Shown: positions 1-7,804, counted from the first letter of the stretch. The stretch is 33,701 nt of DNA from an uncultured Rickettsiales bacterium (GCA_964520155.1 CAZFOM010000001.1:1-33701), one strand, 5' to 3'. Translations and numbers: made by a program. The notes: generated by a model not told the origin, from the letters alone.

Positions 1-851
1 TCAATGCACTGGGACACCACAAATTCGATGGGCAGTTGCAAGAAACGATCAAGAATGCCGAGGTTGATTTCCTTATATTCCTTGAGGGTCAGTATCGCCC
101 CGAAGCGCCGCTTTCCGTCTTCGTTGCGTACTTCCATGGCGTTGTAGCCGAAGGTCACGTCGTAATCGGTTAGCATCCGCGAAATATCCGCATCGGGCAA
201 CGGCCAGGGATGATCGGTGAGCGTGGTGAGTTTGCCCAGAAACGAGCAGAGCTGCGAATAATACACCCCGTCGCGCTCGACCACGCCGAGGCGGCGGGCG
301 CCATAGCTTTCCAGTACACCGAGCATGGTTTCAACCACAGCAGCAAGCTCGCCCGCAGCGTTTTCGAGATAGGAAAACCGGTATTTATGCTGTGCGCCTG
401 GCACCAGACCAATCAAAAATTCTTTGGGGTTTGTCAGTGCAGCGGACTGCCCTTCCTTGACGACCGTGATATATACTTCGTTGGTATAGCCATCCTCAAA
501 ACGATTGCGCTCGCGCCAGCACTGGTTCAGGTAACCGGAGAAATCCTTGCGGAAAATACCCTTCGGCGCGATGTTTTTTTTGCGGCGGATGGTATGAAAC
601 CACACGGCATAGTCGGTGGTGTGAATCGCTTCACGCAGCGCATCGCGGATGGTGGTGCGCAGATCCCGATCGTCCTGCGCGATGTCCTCATGCGCAAAGC
701 CGGTGATCTTGATGGTTTGCAGCAGCTCACCGTTTTTGGTGAGAATCGTCTCGGGGTCGTAGTGAATGGCGAACGGAACAAAATCCGACTCTGTGACATC
801 CCCTGCGATGTCGCGTTCCGCTTCCAGATTATTATCTTTTTTTGCAAACAT
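1..851 (-). CDS. virB4: Type IV secretion ATPase VirB4/TrbE family, N-terminal part (gene runs off the window start)
   Basis: Absent from the supplied ORF track because it is open at the window edge. Hand translation of the minus strand from ATG 851..849 gives MFAKKDNNLEAERDIAGDVTESDFVPFAIHYDPETILTKNGELLQTIKITGF...YAVWFHTIRRKK...NEVYITVVKEG...GAILTLKEYKE... with no stop down to position 1. This fits the conserved N-terminal CagE/TrbE/VirB4 domain as I recall it. Listed ORFs 210..869(+) and 527..880(-) are off-frame shadows of this gene. Confidence 0.8.
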   Translation of the reverse strand, partial: MFAKKDNNLEAERDIAGDVTESDFVPFAIHYDPETILTKNGELLQTIKITGFAHEDIAQDDRDLRTTIRDALREAIHTTDYAVWFHTIRRKKNIAPKGIFRKDFSGYLNQCWRERNRFEDGYTNEVYITVVKEGQSAALTNPKEFLIGLVPGAQHKYRFSYLENAAGELAAVVETMLGVLESYGARRLGVVERDGVYYSQLCSFLGKLTTLTDHPWPLPDADISRMLTDYDVTFGYNAMEVRNEDGKRRFGAILTLKEYKEINLGILDRFLQLPIEFVVSQCI

Positions 852-917
852 GCACGCCTGTATGGGTAATGGTTATACAAAAAACAGGCAACGAAAATGA
901 AAAAAGTGGGTGGTTTT

Positions 918-953
918 TTATAAAACTGTCCCCTCTCGAGAGAGAGGGGACAG
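918..953 (-). terminator. Stem-loop between the pilin gene and virB4 (intrinsic terminator or attenuator candidate)
   Basis: Perfect 12-bp inverted repeat ctgtcccctctc (926-937) / gagaggggacag (942-953) with a 4-nt loop. On the minus strand it begins 28 nt after the pilin stop and is followed by TTTTATAAAAAA. The U-tract is short, so termination is probably partial. Confidence 0.55.
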
Positions 954-980
954 GCCGATAATGTAAGTAATCTTAAGTGA

Positions 981-1358
981 TTATCGTGTTGGAGGTGTGA
1001 TCACAGAACCCGTTGCACAAGCACCCGTCGAACCACCTGCGACTGCATCTACAATCGTTCCTGCACCAAATACCAGAGCGATACCTAACGCAACGATCAG
1101 TGCCAGTCCCCAGGACACTTTGCCCATCAATGCGCCGATACCGACAACAATAACCGCCAGTGTTGCAATTGCTCTACCGGTAGCGGACGTTAGCAAAGCC
1201 GTCACGTTACACAGTGCTTTCTCAATAGCGTTACCCGCGCCCGTTGCGAATGCTTCATACGGAATCATGGTGGCACCGACGATTACGGCGAATGCCAGAA
1301 AGATCTGCCACGATGTATCCACCATGGACTTGCTGTTTTGAATGTGAGAATGATTCAT
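981..1358 (-). CDS. virB2: TrbC/VirB2-type T4SS pilin precursor
   Basis: 125-aa ORF. A long leader ends in an AFA|TG signal-peptidase-like site. It is followed by two hydrophobic helices (RAIATLAVIVVGIGALMGKVSWGLALIVALGIALVFGAGTIV) typical of VirB2/TrbC pilins. It lies directly upstream of virB4 on the same strand. A GGGG tract sits 7 nt before ATG 1358; ATG 1325 is an alternative start. Confidence 0.7.
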   Translation of the reverse strand: MNHSHIQNSKSMVDTSWQIFLAFAVIVGATMIPYEAFATGAGNAIEKALCNVTALLTSATGRAIATLAVIVVGIGALMGKVSWGLALIVALGIALVFGAGTIVDAVAGGSTGACATGSVITPPTR

Positions 1359-1801
1359 AAAAAAACCCCTATGTTTAAGTTAGAACGAATGAAGTTCCCG
1401 TAGCTTCATGATTAACATGTACCATGGTAATGTGACAGATCCTTTGCGATACCATGACAAATTCATCACTTCACAAAAGCTTCAAAGTGGTTTCTGAAAC
1501 TTTAACTTCGATAGGGTAAGCGCTAGCGCCGTATTGTTAAAATTTTATTAAAACCCATCGGTTTCGGTAAATTTAAGTCAATAGATGCAGTTTTGTTGCA
1601 AAAATACACCTATGCGTAGCTGAGGGTAGGGGATTTAACGTTAGAAAACCTCACAGAGCATAAACAGTAGGAATATCAGGCGGGTTGATAGAGATCGCTC
1701 CAAATTGCAAAAAGAGCCAAAACTGTCACAAAAGCTTAATTTGTTCTTAAGTGATTACGCGGTAGAATCACCCCATATGATTTCATGAATGGAGATTCAT
1801 C

Positions 1802-2611
1802 ATGGCGGTATACAAAGAAGGCGAAGGAATAGAGTTTGGTAAAGTAGGCACTGACCAAGAGCAGTTTGAAATATCAACGCCGCGGGGTAATCTGGTATTT
1901 AGAAAAGTGATCGGGCCCGTCGCTCTGGCAGCAACGGTGTTTGCGGGTGAAAGAGCACAGGCACAAGATGCGCACAAAGTGGATCTAGGTCGTGGATCCG
2001 GAAATGTCGCTGCTACCGCTACACAGATTACGGCAGAAAACATGCCACTCACGGCTTCAGAAATAAAGGCATGTCGGGTGGAAGCAGCGCAGGTAGTGGC
2101 TGAGGAACAGAAAATTTTGAGTGAACGCGAGAGGCAACAGGAAAAAGATCAACGCAAACGCGCAATCATCGCGGGAGCAGCCGGCGTTGGTGGCGCAGTT
2201 GCTGGTAATATTGGCAGAAATGGTGGATGGGGTGCTCAAGTGGGTGGACAGATCGGAGGCGCTATCGCCACCGCAGGCGCACGACGCGACTCGGAACCCG
2301 TGAAAAGTGAAACTGAAAATTTGGCTGGAGTGTCGCGTGCTGCATACGAGGATTGTAGGAAGGGTAAGCAAAACGAAAAGTTTCTGCAGTTTCTCGCCGC
2401 ACAGCGTGGCGGAGGATCTGAACAACAGAAGGGTTCACAAGATGCCAGAGTTATTACTGCTGAGGATGGAAAAAAATATCTTCTGATCGGAGATAAGGCG
2501 GTGCCACTTGATGAAAAGCGTGAAACTCAGGTACCAGACCCAGTCAAGCCTCTGGACACGCCAAACAAAAAGCCTGATACTAATGAAAGAGGCGGATGGC
2601 GCAGACAATAA
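1802..2611 (+). CDS. Hypothetical protein with a glycine-zipper block
   Basis: GGAG (1791-1794) lies 7 nt before ATG 1802. The protein has one hydrophobic segment (VIGPVALAATVFAG) and a charged helix (EEQKILSERERQQEKDQRKR). It then has a Gly-zipper stretch, AIIAGAAGVGGAVAGNIGRNGGWGAQVGGQIGGAIATAGA. No family is assignable by eye. Confidence 0.6.
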   Translation: MAVYKEGEGIEFGKVGTDQEQFEISTPRGNLVFRKVIGPVALAATVFAGERAQAQDAHKVDLGRGSGNVAATATQITAENMPLTASEIKACRVEAAQVVAEEQKILSERERQQEKDQRKRAIIAGAAGVGGAVAGNIGRNGGWGAQVGGQIGGAIATAGARRDSEPVKSETENLAGVSRAAYEDCRKGKQNEKFLQFLAAQRGGGSEQQKGSQDARVITAEDGKKYLLIGDKAVPLDEKRETQVPDPVKPLDTPNKKPDTNERGGWRRQ

Positions 2612-2620
2612 CAGGTCTGA

Positions 2621-3172
2621 CTAACCGTCTTTGTCCACCACCACGAACCGTTGCATACGGATCATCTGAAAAACAGTGAAGGCGAGGGTCATGGCCATCA
2701 CGCCGAAGACTTTGTAATTCACCCAGAAATCGGTGGGGAATTGCCGCCAGACGATTTCGTTGGCGACCGCCAGAAACAGAAAAAAGAATCCCCAGTTGCG
2801 CGAGAGTTTGAGCCAGCCTTCCTCGGTGAGTTGAAACGCGGCTGCGAGCAGGTATTTGAGTAGCGGTTTTTTATAACCGAACACGCCCACGAGTAATATG
2901 CCCGCAAACAGGCAGTTGACGATGGTCGGGCGGATCTTGATGAAGGTTTCATCCTGAAGTAGCAACGTCAGTCCGCCAAACACCGTCACCAATACACCGG
3001 ACACCAGCGGCATCATGGCGAGCTTCTTTTCGATGATCCAGATAATCAGTAATGTAAGTATCGTCAGTGCGATAATGGCGGCGGTCGCCACAAACAGATT
3101 ATAAAAATGATAGCCCGCAAAAAAACCGGCAAGCGGCAGGAAATCCAGAATAAATTTTAATGCGGCGGACAT
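2621..3172 (-). CDS. yciB: Intracellular septation protein A (YciB/IspZ family)
   Basis: 183-aa polytopic membrane protein. The N-terminus KFILDFLPLAGFFAGY and the block FIKIRPTIVN match my recollection of the YciB/IspZ family. The ORF is clean with ATG at 3172. Confidence 0.8.
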   Translation of the reverse strand: MSAALKFILDFLPLAGFFAGYHFYNLFVATAAIIALTILTLLIIWIIEKKLAMMPLVSGVLVTVFGGLTLLLQDETFIKIRPTIVNCLFAGILLVGVFGYKKPLLKYLLAAAFQLTEEGWLKLSRNWGFFFLFLAVANEIVWRQFPTDFWVNYKVFGVMAMTLAFTVFQMIRMQRFVVVDKDG

Positions 3173-3361
3173 AGCGGGATCTACTCATACTGACTTTGCG
3201 GAGTGGATGCAACACAAGTTGCGCGCCGGACACAGGCAATCATCAAACCAGTTGACGCGCCAGACAAAACGTTATTTATTAATCCTTTAGTAAAGAACAA
3301 TTGCGAGAGTAATCGCTCCCGTAAAGTTTATAACTGTGAGGCGCCTGTGAGTCGAGATAGC

Positions 3362-4087
3362 ATGGAAACCAAAATCCTGATCGTGGAGGACGAAGTCGCG
3401 ATCGTCACCATGTTGCGCTATAATCTGGAGCGTGAGGGATACAAAGTGTTTTCCACCGGCGATGGCGACGAAGCCGTATCGCTCGTCAAGGCACATAAGC
3501 CGGATGTGATCGTGCTCGACTGGATGCTGCCTGGCATGTCGGGCGTGGATATCTGCGCAACACTGCGCCGTCAGGAAGAAACCAAGGCCGTGCCCATCAT
3601 TATGCTGTCGGCGCGCGGTGAGGAATCGGATCGCATTCGTGGACTCGATGCCGGTGCCGATGATTATATGGTGAAGCCGTTTTCCCCGAGCGAGCTGATC
3701 GCGCGCATCAAAGCCGTGCTGCGCCGCATCCGCCCAGCGCTGTCGGAAAAATCGCTGAGCTTCAAGGAAATCAAAATGGATATGGTGAGCCACAAAGTGT
3801 GGCGCGGTACCCGCGAGATTCACCTAAGCCCGACTGAATTTGGCCTGCTGCGTTACCTGATGGAACACCCAGGCCGCGTGTTTTCGCGTGAGCAACTGCT
3901 CGATGCGGTGTGGGGGCACGATATCTATGTCGAACTGCGCACCGTGGACGTGCATATCCGCCGCCTGCGCAAAGGGCTCGATCCCGAAGGCAAACTCCCC
4001 GAACTGATCCGCACCGTGCGCTCTGCCGGCTATGCGCTGGAGGAAGTGCCGATGGGTGAGAAGCAGCCCGATTCGCCGGATCATTGA
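3362..4087 (+). CDS. phoB: Phosphate regulon response regulator PhoB (OmpR family)
   Basis: From ATG 3362 the protein starts METKILIVEDE. PhoB-typical blocks are LDWMLPGMSG, IIMLSARGEESDRIRGLDAGADDYMVKPFSPSELIARIKAVLRR and SPTEFGLLRYLMEHPGRVFSREQLLDAVWG...RTVDVHIRRLRKGL. The 53-aa N-terminal extension of listed ORF 3203 (GTG start) has no receiver-domain counterpart. Confidence 0.9.
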   Translation: METKILIVEDEVAIVTMLRYNLEREGYKVFSTGDGDEAVSLVKAHKPDVIVLDWMLPGMSGVDICATLRRQEETKAVPIIMLSARGEESDRIRGLDAGADDYMVKPFSPSELIARIKAVLRRIRPALSEKSLSFKEIKMDMVSHKVWRGTREIHLSPTEFGLLRYLMEHPGRVFSREQLLDAVWGHDIYVELRTVDVHIRRLRKGLDPEGKLPELIRTVRSAGYALEEVPMGEKQPDSPDH

Positions 4088-4093
4088 TGAGGT

Positions 4094-4171
4094 GTCAGCT
4101 TTCAGCTGTCAGCTGTCAGCTTTGAGATGCATATTAAGCTGAAAGCTGATAGCTAAAAGCTGGTAGCTTTT
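4094..4171. repeat. Inverted heptamer arrays forming a long imperfect hairpin between phoB and phoX
   Basis: Four tandem heptamers KTCAGCT occupy 4094-4121 (gtcagct ttcagct gtcagct gtcagct). After a 15-nt spacer come five tandem heptamers AGCTNNN at 4137-4171 (agctgaa agctgat agctaaa agctggt agctttt), roughly the reverse complement. The structure starts 7 nt after the phoB stop and ends 3 nt before the phoX ATG. Confidence 0.8.
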
Positions 4172-4174
4172 CTC

Positions 4175-6073
4175 ATGAAAACCCGCACACCAACCCTTCA
4201 GGAACTGATGCAGCACCGGCTGTCGCGTCGGGAGTGGTTGCGCGGTGCGGGAAAATTCCTTGCGGCAACTGCGGCATTCAGCGCTTTACCACTATCGGGT
4301 TATGCGAAGCCCCAGACGCCAACAGCCCGCAACCTGGCCTTTCGTGAAATCGCCAAGAACACCTCTGCGACGCATCACGTTGCTGATGGATACGATGTGC
4401 AGATCCTCCTACGCTGGGGTGATAAAATCACGCCGGATGCACCGGTGTTTGATGTGTTTCGTCAAACACCCGCCGCACAAGCGAAACAATTTGGCACCAA
4501 TTGCGATTATACGGCTTTCTTTCCGCTGCCACTGAACAGCAACGGATCGAGTCGCGGGCTTCTATGGGCGAACCACGAATATCCCGATCCAAAGCTGATG
4601 TTTCCACAAATCGAGGAGGAAACACACTATGCACCGGAGCTTAAAGTGCGGATAGAAATGGCGTCGGTGGGCGGCAGTTTAGTGGAGTTGCGACGAGAAA
4701 AACACATCTGGAAACCGGTGCTGACCAGCGAATATAACCGTCGCATCACTGCCGATACGCCGATTCGCATTTCAGGGCCTGCCGCGGGACATGCGCGCAT
4801 GAAGACCGGATACGATACGAGCGGCACCCGCGTGCTAGGTACCTTGGCCAATTGTGCCGGTGGCGTGACGCCTTGGGGTACGGTTCTCACTTGTGAAGAA
4901 AATTTCCACGATTATTTTTCCGGCAATGCGCGCAAGGATTTTGCCGAGTTTGATTCGAATCACCGGCGCTATAGCGTCGGCAGAAGCCGCCATCCGCGCA
5001 ACTGGGGTGATCATGTGAAGCGCTTTGATTTGGGGCACGAGCCGCGCGAGCCAAACCGTTTCGGCTGGGTGGTGGAACTCGATCCCTATGACCCGCACAG
5101 TATGCCGGTGAAACGCACTGCGCTTGGGCGTTTTAGGCATGAATCCGCGACCGTCGCACTGGCGCCTGATAACCGCGTGGTTGTCTATTCAGGGGATGAT
5201 GAGAAGTTTGAATATCTCTATCGCTTTGTCAGCGAAAAACCGTTCCGGCCAGATGACCGCGCCGCCAATCGCGATCTGTTAGATACAGGCGAGTTGAGCG
5301 TTGCGCAGTTCGATGCGGAGGGAAATCTGACATGGATCCCGCTGGTGTATGGGGTGGAGCCATTCACCAAAACCAACGGATTTTCCTCGCAGGCGGAGCT
5401 GTTGATCGAAACCAGACGTGCGGCGGATCTCGTGAATGCTACCCCGATGGATCGTCCGGAAGATATCGAAGTGCATCCACACACCGGCAAGGTCTATGCG
5501 ACGATGACCAAAAACGAAGACCGCAAATTGAGTCAGACCGATTCCGCCAATCCCAGAGCATTTAATCGCTTCGGACATATTCTGGAGTTAATTCCTCCAG
5601 AAAAACAAGGCAAAGCCGATCACGCCGCGCGTGTGTTTGCGTGGGAGATGTTCATCCTTGCAGGTGATCCGGATGATGCGGAATCCGGCGCGCATTACCC
5701 CACACCTCCTTCTACCAAAGGGTGGTTTGCCAATCCCGATAATCTTGCTTTTGATCCGAAAGGAAATCTCTGGATTGCAACCGACGGACAGCCAGGCAGT
5801 ATTGATAAAAACGATGGGTTATACGCGTGTGAAACCGAAGGCGAATTTCGCGGTGCGACGAAATTATTTTTTACTGCCCCACTCGGGGCAGAGGTCGCTG
5901 GCCCCAGTTTTACACCGGACGGTACGGCATTATTTCTATCGGTGCAGCATCCGGCCGAAGACAGTTCGATAGATACACCCGATACGCGCTGGCCGAATTT
6001 TGGCAAGGATTCCGTGCCGCGCTCTTCGGTGGTGGTGATCACGAAGAAGGATGGTGATATAATAGGCGGTTAG
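4175..6073 (+). CDS. phoX: Tat-exported alkaline phosphatase, PhoX (DUF839) family
   Basis: Twin-arginine signal LSRREWLRGAGKFLAATAAFSALPLSGYA. Conserved blocks are NCAGGVTPWGTVLTCEEN, ALGRFRHE, DRPEDIEVHP and NPDNLAFDPKGNLWIATDG, as I recall them for PhoX. It sits next to phoB. Confidence 0.85.
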   Translation: MKTRTPTLQELMQHRLSRREWLRGAGKFLAATAAFSALPLSGYAKPQTPTARNLAFREIAKNTSATHHVADGYDVQILLRWGDKITPDAPVFDVFRQTPAAQAKQFGTNCDYTAFFPLPLNSNGSSRGLLWANHEYPDPKLMFPQIEEETHYAPELKVRIEMASVGGSLVELRREKHIWKPVLTSEYNRRITADTPIRISGPAAGHARMKTGYDTSGTRVLGTLANCAGGVTPWGTVLTCEENFHDYFSGNARKDFAEFDSNHRRYSVGRSRHPRNWGDHVKRFDLGHEPREPNRFGWVVELDPYDPHSMPVKRTALGRFRHESATVALAPDNRVVVYSGDDEKFEYLYRFVSEKPFRPDDRAANRDLLDTGELSVAQFDAEGNLTWIPLVYGVEPFTKTNGFSSQAELLIETRRAADLVNATPMDRPEDIEVHPHTGKVYATMTKNEDRKLSQTDSANPRAFNRFGHILELIPPEKQGKADHAARVFAWEMFILAGDPDDAESGAHYPTPPSTKGWFANPDNLAFDPKGNLWIATDGQPGSIDKNDGLYACETEGEFRGATKLFFTAPLGAEVAGPSFTPDGTALFLSVQHPAEDSSIDTPDTRWPNFGKDSVPRSSVVVITKKDGDIIGG

Positions 6074-6086
6074 GTCGTGCGAACAT

Positions 6087-6218
6087 TTACTACTATGCCG
6101 TGCTGCAAACGCTGTTTTCTGCGCTTCCTCTCCTCACGTACTTTTATGTACGCTGCGGCGAGGTTCTCGAAAATCAGCGTTTTCGCTTTCGGCCTAGCGA
6201 AATGTTCACACGACCTAG
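6087..6218 (+). repeat. ~130-bp palindromic intergenic repeat, copy A
   Basis: Aligns by eye over its full length with 11513-11645. Shared blocks are ttactacta, tgctgcaaac, ttttctgcgcttcc, tatgtac, ggttctcgaaaa, gttttcgc, tagcg and tcacac..cctag. Internally it is an imperfect long hairpin centred on gtac-ttttat-gtac (6138-6151). Confidence 0.7.
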
Positions 6219-6269
6219 GTTCCCCCACCAGATTTTCCAGTCTCGCTACGCGAGAATAAGAAAATCTTG

Positions 6270-6291
6270 CCTCCCCCGCTTGCGGGGGAGG
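6270..6291. terminator. GC-rich hairpin between convergent phoX and cca (bidirectional terminator candidate)
   Basis: cctcccccgc (6270-6279) pairs with gcgggggagg (6282-6291). Effectively this is an 8-bp G/C stem with a 6-nt loop. It lies between two convergent stop codons (6073 and 6314). There is no clear U-tract on either side. Confidence 0.45.
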
Positions 6292-6313
6292 GTAGGGAGG
6301 GGGTGAAACGTAT

Positions 6314-7528
6314 TTACTTTAACCTCGCCAGCAACTCTGCCTTGCTTAACCGATAATCACTTTCTTCCCATAGTGTTTCGAGTGTTCGCAAGCATTCTCC
6401 CAGTGCTGCACCCTCGGGAACACCGTGCTTGAGCAAATCATCCCCCGTGATGGGGAAGATAGGCGGTTGCCAATCCGACACTAATGCCATGTATGAAGCA
6501 AGCTCGCCCATCTGCTCGGGATATATTACGGCAGACAACAAACAGCGATCGGCAAAAAAACGCGCCCCGCGCGTTCGGATGAGATGTTTGGCGTCTTTCT
6601 CCGTTGGCAAAGTGTTCGTCAGCGGTTCGGTAAAAGCGGCAAGCCGCTTGCGTTCGGCATTCGAGAGTTTCCAGCGCGATGCTATAAATGCCAGTGTATC
6701 AGAAGGGTTGGGTGTGGCGGCAATTAACACACCCAGCAGGAATAATGGATCCTGCGTGTGTGCATAATGGGGTGACAAATGCTTTGCGGTCTGGAAGTGA
6801 GACAATGTGACTTCCGCATGAAATAAAGCGTGCAGCACCTCGTTTTTTTTCATTGCTGTGAGCGCATCGAACGCGCGCGCCTGCGGGAGGAGCTTCAGCA
6901 TCTCGGTGTGAATCCGCTCACCGGACAGATGTGTAATCTCATCGCGCAACCGCCCGCATGCCGCATCGCCTGCAGCATCAAAGGCACCTTTGGCAAAGCG
7001 GGCGCTGAACCGGTAGAAACGCAGAATACGCAATACATCTTCACGGATCCGCGCCTCCGGATCCCCGATGAAGCGCACGATTCCAGACCGCGCGTCTTTC
7101 ACCCCGCCGAAATAATCATACAGCGTGCCGTTCTGATCGGCATACAGGGCATTCAGGGTGAAATCGCGCCGCTGCGCATCCTCTTTCCAATCATCGGTGA
7201 AAGCGACTTCCGCGTGTCGTCCATCGGTTGATACATCTTTGCGCAGCGTAGTGATTTCAAAATGCTTGCCACCCAATACGGCGGTTACGGTTCCATGCTT
7301 CACACCCGTTGGAATGGCTTTGATCTGATGTGATTCTAGTAACGCCATCACTGCATCCGGCGTGGCGGGCGTTGCAATATCCACATCGGCTATGGAACGC
7401 GCAAGCAACGCATCGCGGACGCACCCGCCTACAAACCGGCACTCGGTACCAGATGCGCGAAATGCCGCGAGCAGGTGGCGGGTTTCTTCCCACTCCATCC
7501 AGGGAAGATGAGGCAGCGATTCGCTCAT
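6314..7528 (-). CDS. cca: CCA tRNA nucleotidyltransferase (class II nucleotidyltransferase, PcnB/Cca family)
   Basis: Motifs present: FVGGCVRDALL...DVDIAT, GTVTAV, TTLRKD and RRDFTLNALY. The likely start is ATG 7528 (MSESLPHLPW...), which overlaps the upstream gene's stop by 4 nt (ATGA). The longer listed ORF (to 7744) would overlap that upstream gene and adds a low-complexity N-terminus. Confidence 0.85.
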   Translation of the reverse strand: MSESLPHLPWMEWEETRHLLAAFRASGTECRFVGGCVRDALLARSIADVDIATPATPDAVMALLESHQIKAIPTGVKHGTVTAVLGGKHFEITTLRKDVSTDGRHAEVAFTDDWKEDAQRRDFTLNALYADQNGTLYDYFGGVKDARSGIVRFIGDPEARIREDVLRILRFYRFSARFAKGAFDAAGDAACGRLRDEITHLSGERIHTEMLKLLPQARAFDALTAMKKNEVLHALFHAEVTLSHFQTAKHLSPHYAHTQDPLFLLGVLIAATPNPSDTLAFIASRWKLSNAERKRLAAFTEPLTNTLPTEKDAKHLIRTRGARFFADRCLLSAVIYPEQMGELASYMALVSDWQPPIFPITGDDLLKHGVPEGAALGECLRTLETLWEESDYRLSKAELLARLK

Positions 7529-7803
7529 GGGCGCTCGATACGGCCTGGAATCACGCGACCGTCCCGATCCAGTTGCGGAGGAGAGTAGGCACCCTGTTCC
7601 GGTTCGATCTGCACTCGCCAGAAAACAAAACAGATCATCGCAATGGCGAGTGAACTGACAATCATCCACACCCACGGGCCTTCGGTAAAACGCGTTATCG
7701 GAAGCCCTTTTTTCTTCGCTTGATGGCGCGCGTAGGTCAGCCACAGAAAATAGATGATGACCGGAATCAGCACCGGCCAGAATTTCAGTAGTCCTGCAAT
7801 CAT
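7525..7803 (-). CDS. Small two-helix membrane protein (hypothetical)
   Basis: 92 aa with two hydrophobic helices (LLKFWPVLIPVIIYFLWLTY; WVWMIVSSLAIAMICFVFW) and a basic loop between them. It starts 1 nt after the glnD stop and overlaps the cca start by 4 nt, which suggests an operon. Confidence 0.55.
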   Translation of the reverse strand: MIAGLLKFWPVLIPVIIYFLWLTYARHQAKKKGLPITRFTEGPWVWMIVSSLAIAMICFVFWRVQIEPEQGAYSPPQLDRDGRVIPGRIERP

Positions 7804-7804
7804 G

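Noticed and set aside
210-880. Listed ORFs 210..869(+) and 527..880(-), and 170..412(-).
   Set aside because: All lie inside the edge-truncated virB4 reading frame (minus strand, ATG 851), which is the only frame with recognisable family motifs.
971-1757. 13-nt direct repeat tcttaagtgatta (971-983 and 1745-1757) flanking the virB2 gene, and 12-nt repeat tcacaaaagctt (1471-1482 and 1726-1737) in its upstream region. I considered a cassette duplication or target-site duplication.
   Set aside because: A rough expectation suggests that exact repeats of this length within a few hundred bp occur by chance with appreciable probability (order 0.3-0.5) in an AT-rich 33.7-kb window. The similarity does not extend beyond the core.
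3203-3361. GTG-initiated 53-aa N-terminal extension of phoB.
   Set aside because: Receiver domains start close to the KILIVEDE strand. The extension has no homologous counterpart, and ATG 3362 gives a normal-length PhoB.
4094-4171. Whether the heptamer arrays (here and at 31748-31901) could be a CRISPR array or minisatellite-encoded peptide.
   Set aside because: The period is 7 nt with no spacers and no cas genes. The arrays are too short and are intergenic, so they are not CRISPR and not coding.
6077-6306. Small ORFs 6077..6259 and 6100..6306 (and analogous reading frames across 11513-11645).
   Set aside because: They are translations of the palindromic intergenic repeat and the GC hairpin. 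They have no RBS, and the corresponding frames are not conserved between the two repeat copies.
7529-7744. 72-aa N-terminal extension of the cca ORF (listed 6314..7744).
   Set aside because: It overlaps, in another frame, the small membrane-protein gene 7525..7803 and is Arg/Ser/Asp-rich junk. ATG 7528 forms an ATGA overlap with that gene's stop.
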